Source of the DNA: Dictyostelium discoideum
Taxonomy: Eukaryota
Assembly (NCBI GenBank): GCA_000004695.1
Contig: CM000150.2
Coordinates: 4,256,001-4,320,000, forward strand
DNA: 64,000 nt
Direction: 5' to 3'
Translations under genes and position numbers: made by a program
Shown: positions 53,925 to 64,000 of the stretch, piece after piece
Layout of the letters: each line of letters starts with the position of its first letter
How positions within the stretch are numbered: the stretch's first letter is position 1
Notes under the pieces: generated by a model
What the model was told of the DNA's origin: nothing
What the model saw: only the letters and a program-made list of their open reading frames with translations
Database searches by the model: none

Positions 53925-55319
53925 AGTCAAAAAAAAAAAAGAAATTTTTTATTAACATTTTTTATATTTTTTTTATTTTTACAAATTAGTTTTATCATCA
54001 TCAATAGTAACTAATATGAATTATAAAATTGAAAGACCAAATAAAATAAAAAGCATAAAAGATATAAATATAGATAATTTATTATCAATAACGTAAGTAT
54101 CAAAAATTAATTATACAAAAGATAAAAAAAAAAAAAAAAAAATATAAACCATTTAATTTTTTTAAAATACTTATGATTTTTTAAATATTATTATTTTTTA
54201 AAATCAGGTTTTTCAGTACCAACTATTTTAAAAACTATATTTCTCAAATTATTACTGCAATTGTATGCATTTGTTTAGTTTTTCATCCAATTGAATTCAA
54301 ATGATTTTCTCAATTTTTTTTAATTATTACAAAAATAATAATAATATAATAATAGTATTACCACAAATAACCTATGTTTGAAAACGAATTTATTCAAACT
54401 GTAAATAAAATCTTTTTAAAATTATGTTTAATTTTTTTTTTTTTTTTAAATTTTTTTTTTTGACAAATATCTAAAAACTGAACTATCAAAAATATTCCAA
54501 GAAGTGTCAATTTTATTTTTTTATTTTCAAATTTTTTTTTTTTTTGTTTTTTTTTTTTTTTTTTCCAAATTGGTTAATTCATTTTTTTTTGTTTTTTTTT
54601 TTTTTTTTTTTTATTTATTTTATTTTATAGTTTCAAAAAAAAAAAAAAAATGAAAAATAATATTGAAGATATAGATAACTGTAGTGATAATACTAAAGAT
54701 TTTATTTTAACTCAAAGTCAAATTCAAAGAAAAATAAAGATAGATTCTGAATATTACCAATTATTTTCAATTGAAGGAACTAATCAAGATCAAGATCTTA
54801 TTGATGCAACCGAGCTCAAAGAACTTAAAGTTCATTGTGAAAGTAAATAATTTTTTTTTTTTTTTTTTAAACATTTTTTTATTTATTTTTAAAATAGTAT
54901 TATTGGAATCAAATAAAAGATGTAAATTCTCAAATAAACTTAATTGAATCAGTTGAAAAATTATCAAAATGTTTGGATAATTTTAAAGAAGAAATTAAAA
55001 ATTAAATTTCAAATAAATTCGATGAATTGAAAAATCAAATTATTGACTCAAATACCGAACTTTTGGGTTGTTTCAATTTAATGAGAGAAGATTATAAAAA
55101 TAAAATTAATATTATTGGAAGCTTTACTTAACAAAATCTCTGATAATAACATTCCAAAAAACATAATAAAAGCTAAAAATGTTAATGGAGGTGTTTAATA
55201 TAAAATTTATAATCATCAACAACCACCTAAAATTAATGAAAATCAAATTGATGATATTATTGAACCAATTGAAAAACCAATAATTAAATCTCCCTCTAAA
55301 AAGCACCCTAAAAATTATA

Positions 55320-55323
55320 AAAC

Positions 55324-55397
<74 letters not shown>

Positions 55398-55450
55398 TTA
55401 ATAATAATAATAATATTAATAATAATAATAATATTAATAATAATAATAAT
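55320..55450. repeat. A (TAA)n / (AAT)n microsatellite in intergenic DNA.
   Basis: A taataataa... run is visible. Confidence 0.9.
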
Positions 55451-55819
55451 ATTAATAAAATAAATAAATATTATTTTTATTTTTTATTTTAAATTTTCAG
55501 AATTTGGATATTTTTTTTTTAAGGCGATTTTAAAATTAATAGTGTTTTAGATTTTTAAAGAAAAAAAAATTAACAATAATAAAAAAAGAAATTTAATTAA
55601 ATATAATCTAAATTAAACAATTTTTATTTTTTTTTATTTTTTATTTTTTATTTTTTATTTTTATTTTTATTTTTTAAAAAATTCCATCCTATAAAAAAAA
55701 AAAATAAAAAAAAAAATAAAAAAAAATTGAAAATTTATCAATGGATTCGTTCATTAATTATTTTATTTTTTTTAATTCATTTTCATTTATTATTAATACA
55801 CAAATATAAAAGATAAGAT

Positions 55820-56311
55820 ATGTCAGAATTGGAAGTTGATATATTATCATTATCTTTGACATTTGATTTCGAAGCATACTTTACAGATAAAACAGATGGT
55901 GATGGGGATGATAAAGGTTTGATTTTTTTTATTATACAACAACGAAAACAACAATAATATTAAATATTTATAAATACTAATTCATATTTTATTTATTCTA
56001 TAGATGGATCAGACATTTGTAGGTTTTTTTTAAAAGGTTCATGCACCAAAGGTTCTGATTGTCCATATAAACATACAAAAGCAGAAAGAGCAGTAGTTTG
56101 TAAACATTGGTTAAGAGGTCTTTGTAAAAAAGGTGAACTATGTGAATTTTTACACGAATATGATTTACAAAAAATGCCTGAATGTTATTTCTTTTCAAAA
56201 CATGGTATGTATAAATAATAATAATAAAAAAAAAAAAACATTTTATCATACTGATAATAATGATAGTTTTTCATTGAAGAATACATATTAATAAAGATGA
56301 TATAAAAAAAC

Positions 56312-56371
<60 letters not shown>

Positions 56372-57145
56372 ACAAAATAAATGAAAAATGTATTATCAAT
56401 ATAAAACAACACAAAAACAATAATAGGTGAATGTAATAATCAAGAATGTATGTATTTACATGTTAATCCTGAAGAAAAGGTTAGAGAATGTCCATGGTAT
56501 AGTCGTGGATTTTGTAAACATGGTCCAAAATGTAGACATAAACATATAAAGAAATTATTATGTGAAAATTATTATTTAGGTTTTTGCCCAGAAGGCCCGA
56601 AATGTAAATATGGTCATCCTAAATATGAATTACCAAAAGAAGAACCAGAGAAAAAAGTTAATATACAGGAACAATTTGAAATGGAACAGCAACAGCAACA
56701 ACAGCAACAACAACAACAATTTCATCATCATCAACAACAAAATCAACAATTTAACGGAATGGGTGGAAATAATAATAATAATGAATTTAGACCTAAACAA
56801 CAATTTCAACAAAACCAACCATTTAATAAAGGTGGACCAATGGAAAATGGATTCAATCCTAATAAACCAATTATTTGTCATAAATGTGGAACACCTGGTC
56901 ATAAATCGAATGCATGTCCAAATTCTGAACAATTTAAACAAGGTAATGGACCACCAGGCCAACAATCTTATGGTGGCGGCGGTGGAGGTTTTAAACCTCA
57001 ATTTAATAATGGCGGTAACCCTCCAAATTTAGAATCTGTAATTTGTAAAAAATGTCAACAAACTGGTCACTATGCAAACAAAGTAATTATCATATAATAT
57101 TATTTTTATTTTTCTCTTTTTATATTTTTTATTTTTATTTTAACA

Positions 57146-57239
<94 letters not shown>

Positions 57240-57372
57240 TTAGTGTCCGAATAAAAAAGTGGGTGGATACCAAGGTTTTAATAATCAGAATCAACCACCT
57301 CAAGGTGGTCAACAAAATATGTATTATCAACAACAACCACCTCAAGGTGGTCAACCTCCCCCTCATTATTAT

Positions 57373-57403
<31 letters not shown>

Positions 57404-57408
57404 ATTGA
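55820..57408 (+). CDS. cpsf4: Cleavage and polyadenylation specificity factor 30 kDa subunit (CPSF4/Yth1-like) in four exons, 55820..55916, 56004..56204, 56427..57082 and 57244..57408.
   Basis: It has five tandem C-x8-C-x5-C-x3-H zinc fingers (CRFFLKGSCTKGSDCPYKH, CKHWLRGLCKKGELCEFLH, CYFFSKHGECNNQECMYLH, CPWYSRGFCKHGPKCRHKH, CENYYLGFCPEGPKCKYGH) and two CCHC zinc knuckles (CHKCGTPGHKSNAC, CKKCQQTGHYAN). Donors are at 55917, 56205 (GTATGT) and 57083 (GTAATT). Acceptors are at 56002-56003, 56425-56426 and 57242-57243. Intron 3 contains an (ATT)n tract. Confidence 0.8.
57150..57240. repeat. A (ATT)n microsatellite inside cpsf4 intron 3.
   Basis: An attattatt... run is visible. Confidence 0.9.
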
Positions 57409-57683
57409 TGTGTTTTATTTTAAAAAAAAAAAAAAAAAAAAAGAAAAAAAGAAAAAAGAAAGAAATCAAAATAAAAAAAAAGATAAAGAAAAAAAAGAGA
57501 AAAATATATTTGTAAATAATTTAAAAGAAAAATAAAAAAAAAGGTTTTAAAAGAATATTCAACATCAATGAAAAATAATAAAAAATTAAATTTTAAACTA
57601 ATTTATTATAACTAGTTGATTTTTTTATTTTTATTTTTTTAAAGTTTTTTTTATTTATATAATTATTATATGTGATCATTGAT

Positions 57684-57832
57684 ATTTTATTGACTAAATG
57701 AACCTTGTGCATCATAATAAACTGAGGCATCAGTATCAACATTTGAAGATGAATTTACACTAGAGTTTGGAGAATTGAATATACTATTATCAATGTTTCT
57801 TGATATGTTACTATTATTACTATTATTATTAA

Positions 57833-57898
<66 letters not shown>

Positions 57899-57913
57899 TA
57901 AAATTATTTTGGA

Positions 57914-57953
<40 letters not shown>

Positions 57954-58268
57954 TACACCCAACACAATAGAATCCATTATTGAATCGGTAATCCCTAAAT
58001 CGTTTGTAGGAGGGTTTATATCATAATGGGATTCTGTAAAGTTGGTATAATGTGGATAAAATTGGTCCACTGTTTGAATTGGTTGTTGTGGTTGTTGATT
58101 TAATGGAGTGTGTTCATCTTTTTCATAGAGATCGCTATCTTCTTCGTCACTTTCAATGAAGGGTTTATAAGTTTGTTCGCTATTATCATTATTATTGTTG
58201 TTGTTGTTGTCATTATTGTTGGTAGTTGTAGTAATGGTGGTGGTTTGGTTATTATTATTTACATTTGG

Positions 58269-58364
<96 letters not shown>

Positions 58365-58966
58365 TTCTTGTTGTTCTTGCTGCTGCGATATATTCTGTTC
58401 TTGATATCCTTTATGTAAATCTTTAAATGAGGCTGTCATATATCTTGTATCTTGTTGTTGTTGTTGAAGTTGTTGCATTATTGGTGATTTTATGAATGAT
58501 GTTTTTGGTCTTTGATTTGCATTTGGTGATGGTGGGGAATGAACGTATGTATTATGCTGTTGTTGTTGTTGTTGTTGATCTTGATGATCTTGATTGTATT
58601 GTTGTGGTTGGTACTGTGAATTTCTAGGTTTATTATTATTACTATTATTGTTGTTGTTGCTATAGTATTCATTTACATTTATTACTGAGCTTGAAGTACT
58701 TTCTAAACTATCTCTATAATTTGTATGATCAAGTTGTATAACTGTTGGTGGACTATATGTATCTATTACTCTAGGGTCAAGTGCTTTTTTTTTTTTTTAA
58801 AAAGTAATCGAAAAAGAATAATAGTTAGAATTGGTTTATGAATAATTAAAAAAATGATTAAATACTTACGATTTGGATCATAGTATTCTTCATATTCTTG
58901 GTCATAGATGAATGGATCATAAGGTGTTTGGGACCTTTTGATACAGCAACAACAAATATTACCCAT
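57684..58966 (-). CDS. Hypothetical Q/N-rich protein with an N-terminal MGNICCCC acylation motif, in two exons, 58966..58870 and 58783..57684.
   Basis: Exon 1 reads MGNICCCCIKRSQTPYDPFIYDQEYEEYYDPN, with a GTAAGT donor at 58869, phase 1. Exon 2 is a long open frame with poly-Q encoded by (CAA)n and (CAGCAA)n, plus poly-N. Confidence 0.6.
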
Positions 58967-59700
58967 TGTTTGTTTTTTTTTTTTTTTTTTTGTTTTTTTT
59001 TTTATAAGATTTTAATATATTATTATTATTATTATTATTATTTTTATTGTTAAGTGTTTAAAAATTTTCTATATTTGTGTAGGTTTATTTTTTAAGTAAA
59101 CTAAAATTGATTAAACTAGTTTGTGGAGGTTTTTTTATTTTTTTAAAAACTTTTATTTTTTTTATTTTTATTTTTTTTTTTATTTTTTTATTTTTTTTTT
59201 TTTTGAATAAAATTATGATGTTTTTTGAGTTTTCAAACAATTTTATTAAAAAAATATAATAATTTAATTATTTTTTCGATTCTTTATTATTTCCCTTTTT
59301 TTTTATTTGTTATTTTTATTTTTCAATTCTTTTTAAATTTAATTTGTTATAATATATATATATTTTTTTTTTAAAAAAAAGAAAATATTGAATTGTTTTT
59401 TGTTTTTATTTTTTGAAAAATAAAATAAATAAATAAATAAAAAAATAAAAATAAAATAAATTTTAAATCTTAAATTGAAATTTTATTATTAAAGTGTTTA
59501 ATTTTATTTTTATTTTTATTTTTATTTTTATTTTTATTTTTATTACTATTACTATTATTATTATTTATTATTTTTATTACTATTATTATTATTATTAATA
59601 TTATTATGTTAAAAAAAAAAAAAAGAAAAAAAGAAAAAATAAACAATTAAAAATGGTGGTGTAGTGTGGTGTGTAAATATTAATTAAATTAAATTTTAAA

Positions 59701-59742
<42 letters not shown>

Positions 59743-60256
59743 AAAATAAAAATTAAACAATTATTAAAAATTTACAAAAATACACGATTTGTAAAGGTGG
59801 GGTATCGCATAAAAGAAATTAGGAAATAAACATTAAAATACAATAAAGAAATAATAATTCTTGTTTTCAAATAATACTATTGAAAGAGTGATCAAAAAAA
59901 AAAAAAAAAAAAATAAAAAAATAAAAAAAAAATAAATAAAAAAAAATAAAAATAAAAAAATTAAATTAAATTAAAAAAAAAAAAAAAGAATTTTAATTTT
60001 TATTTTATTTTATTTTTATTTTTATTTTATTTTTTTATTTTTTATTTTTTAAAAAATTAAGAAATGGTGGCAAAATGTACTCAGCAATGCCAGTCTATTT
60101 TTGGGTTTAAAACGTTAGTCTTCTTAAAATAATTTTATCATTAATAATATTTTAATAATCACCAGACATAATTAAACAGTTTTTTTTTATTTTTTTTTGG
60201 AATTCCAAAAAAATAATTGTTTTTTTTTTTTTTTTTATTTTCAATTTTTTAATTTT

Positions 60257-60293
<37 letters not shown>

Positions 60294-60334
60294 CTTTTAA
60301 TATTATTGGTATTTGGTTGAAATTCACACTAAAT

Positions 60335-62020
60335 ATGGGCATCGATAATAAAAAGATAGTTGATGAATTAAATGAATCAACATCATCATCATCGTCATCA
60401 TCATCGTCAACCTCAATAAAACATGTTATTGATAAAGTTTTAATAAGATCAACAAACACAACAACAATATCACCAAATTTAAAATCTTCAAAGAAACCCA
60501 AAAAAACTATTTTGGATAATAAAAAAGATTCAGAAGATTTATTTGAACAACCAGACCAATTAGAAACAAATGTTTCCTCAACAATTTCATATTTAATTGA
60601 ATCAAAGGTAAATTATTAAATTAATAAATTATTAAATTCATAATTTCTAATAATAATTTTTTTTTTAAAAAAAAAAAAAAAAAAGAAAAAACTATTTAAT
60701 CAAGTTCAAATTGAATTAGATAAATCATCAAATAAAAAAATTGGTATTATAAATTTACAAAATGATATTAAAACATTAGAGATTGAAAAAGAGGAAGCTA
60801 TTAAACGAATTAAAGATGCAGAAGATGGTATAATCAATAGAATTGAAAAGACAGTTTCATTCGATAGAGAATTAAGATCAAGATTATCATCAATCGAGAG
60901 TGTAATTAATATAATTGAATATTTTGAACATTACAATCACCTATTACAACAATATCAACAAGAGATTAAAAGTCAACAATTTATATCAGCAACCAACACA
61001 TTCATTAAAATGTCTGATTGGTTCAATCAATCAAACAATCAACCCTATGAATTATCAATGATTCTATCAGCACCAACTCAACAACCAAGAATTATACCAT
61101 CAATTAAAGATCAATTAAAAAAAAGAAAGAATCAATTAAAATCAACATTATTAGAATCTTTTACAAATTCAATTATTATAACTTCAAATTTTGAAATTCA
61201 ATTATTTCAAATTGAAAATAATAATAAAAAATATCAATCATCATCATCTTCATCACAATCTTATACAGTAGATTTAATTCAATCATTAGAATTATTAGGT
61301 TTATTTAATCATACAATTACTTCATTTACATCTACTTTATTTCAATCATTTTTACAACCAATTATAAAGAAATTAAATTCATTAGTTCAAGATGATAATT
61401 ATTTTATTAATAAAATAAATAAACAACAACAACAACAAAGAAACCTATATAAGGAAGAAGAAATTGATAATGGTGAATTAATTTGTTTTAAATTTTGTGA
61501 AAATGATGATAATAATAATAATAATAATATAGGGAAAATAATAACTATTCCAATGATTTATGAGTTTATAATCAAATTATTTGAATTTTTAAAAAGAAAT
61601 TTATTTGGATCGTCAAATGAAGAAATTATTAAAAAATTTGGACAAGAGATTTGGAGTGATCTATCTCAATGTATATTGGATGAATTATTAAAATATAGAA
61701 TACCAAAAGATATAAATCAATTAAATCAATATCATTCAACTATAAAAAATTCAACAATTGATTTTGAATCAAAAATTACGAATGATATTTTATTTTTAAC
61801 AAATAATAATAATATTATCAATTCATCATTATCATCATCATCGTCATCATCAAAAATTATAAAAACCAATCAATTAACAGAATTTGTAAATAATATTGAA
61901 TTCCATTATTCTGAAAGAAAAAGAATGTTACTTTTATCAAAAGCTAGAGAAATTATATTAAAAGATAGATATCAATCAATTCAATCAAATGATTCAATTT
62001 TATTTTCAAATTGTAATATA

Positions 62021-62116
<96 letters not shown>

Positions 62117-63082
62117 TCAATTTGCACAATTCAAGGATATTATTTCGAAAATAGATTAATATTAGAATCAACTAATTCATTATTATCATTATGTATTTCA
62201 ACATTAAAAGAATCAAAAAATGATAGTAATATATCATTTCAAAGTTGTAGAGATATTTTTGACATTTATCAAGCAATCTATTTAAAACATCATATTTCTA
62301 AATTAGAAAAAGTACCAACTTTAGCATGTTTATTTTATAATAGTTGTTTATTCTTTTCTCATTGCTTTTTAATTTTATCAATTGAAAATAATAATAATAA
62401 TAATAATAATAATGATAATAATAATAAAAATGAAATATTTACATTCATTGATTTTTCAAATAAATTTAAAGAAATTGGTAATATATTTTTTAGTAAATAT
62501 ATTAGAGAACAATTGAAATGGATATTATCATTTTTAGAGAATACGGAATTTTCAAATCGTTTAGAGAATACTAAAGATCAATTAGTGTTTAGTAAAATTC
62601 AAAATAATTTCACAAATATGAATAATGAATTAAATAGATTATCATGTATTTGGAAGGACGTTTTCCCAAGAGAAGATTATTTTGAATTAATTTCAAAATT
62701 CTCTGAATCAATCATAGCAACCATTATAAAGATGATTTTAAAATTACAAAATATTGAAATGGTAGAAACTCAAAAATTATCTGAATTAATATCTTCACTA
62801 TATCCAGTTTTCATTAGATTTTTCATTTTCAATGGTGAATCTGAAGATTTACATAAGAATAGAATGAAATTAGTTAAAAGTTGGAAAAAGTTTTGGCAAA
62901 TTAAAATGGTATTAGAATTACCATTAAGTGAAATAGTTGCACTCTATAATAAAGGTCATCTAAATAAATTATCAAATAATGAATTAAGATTATTAATCTT
63001 AAGTATTTTTGATGATTTTGATTTAAAAACTCAATTCTTATCACAATTAAATAAACAAATTCAACAACAATCTAAACAATAA
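60335..63082 (+). CDS. zw10: Centromere/kinetochore protein ZW10 homolog in two exons, 60335..60607 and 60686..63082.
   Basis: The C-terminal region contains blocks that follow the ZW10 pattern, in order: ..VPTLACLFYNSCLFFSHCFLILS.., then NELNRLSCIWKDVFPREDYFELISKFSESIIATIIKMILKLQNIE, then WKKFWQIKMVLELPLSEIVALYNKGHL...LRLLILSIFDDF. An N-terminal coiled-coil segment is also present. The GTAAAT donor is at 60608 and the acceptor at 60684-60685, phase 0. Assignment of exon 1 is less certain than that of exon 2. Confidence 0.7.
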
Positions 63083-63352
63083 AAAAAAAAAATAAAAAAA
63101 ATACAAATAAATATTAAACAAAAAAAAAATAATAAAATCAAAGAATGATATATATACATATATAATTATAATTATTATTTATAAAAAAAAAAAAAACATT
63201 TACTTTATTTATTTTTTATTTCTAATTATTATTATTATTTTAATTTTTTTTATTTTATTTTTTTTATTTATTAGGATAATGAGAGAGAAGAGGAAGAGAA
63301 AACGATTGGCGAATGTAAGTGTAGTATAATGATATTATTTTAGATTTTATTT

Positions 63353-63383
<31 letters not shown>

Positions 63384-63398
63384 TTATTATTTATAATT

Positions 63399-64000
<602 letters not shown>

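Noticed and set aside
53990-54340. A possible two-exon micro-ORF (MNYKIERPNKIKSIKDINIDNLLSIT | ...FFSTNYFKNYISQIITAIVCICLVFHPIEFK).
   Set aside because: There is a GTAAGT donor and a TTTTCAG acceptor, but the product is tiny with no recognisable family. Support is too weak to call a gene.
54650-54960. A 66-aa ORF plus a possible downstream exon, coiled-coil-like.
   Set aside because: The sequence is low-complexity with no family signature, and the splice model is ambiguous.

Overview
This window is eukaryotic DNA with the hallmarks of Dictyostelium discoideum. It is about 78% A+T, with near-homopolymeric intergenic DNA, short AT-rich introns with GTAAGT/GTATGT donors and TACTAAC-like branch points, and poly-N/poly-Q coding microsatellites. 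The atg6A–rab11A neighbourhood and a tandem family of six Ras paralogs suggest a chromosome 1 segment carrying the rasU–rasZ cluster. There is no prokaryotic system here: no operons, CRISPR arrays or defence islands.

I could place about 35 protein-coding genes, most of them multi-exon and reconstructed by hand from the ORF track and splice signals. Recognisable products include:
- a LRR/EGF/IPT-TIG single-pass membrane protein
- Beclin-1/Atg6 with a very long N-terminal extension
- Rab11
- a PPP1R11/Ypi1-like PP1 inhibitor
- the succinate dehydrogenase Fe-S subunit
- a two-RRM RNPC3-like protein
- four Ras paralogs on the minus strand and two on the plus strand
- Integrator subunit 2
- an RNF14-like RWD-RBR E3 ligase
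- two tandem coactosin-like ADF-H genes
- a Cdc7(Sp)/Cdc15-like kinase
- ATP23
- CPSF30
- ZW10
- the 3' part of VPS26

Two identical tRNA-Val(AAC) genes, each with a downstream external B box, bracket the plus-strand Ras pair. A 203-bp hairpin/MITE-like element and a decayed A-tailed retroelement-like segment sit next to the second tRNA.

The most notable observations are:
- intron presence or absence at an identical P-loop codon among the Ras paralogs
- an RNPC3-like (minor-spliceosome 65K) gene in a lineage reported to lack U12 splicing
- the tRNA/ex-B/MITE/retroelement-remnant neighbourhood

All coordinates are hand-derived, so exon boundaries may be off by a few bases.
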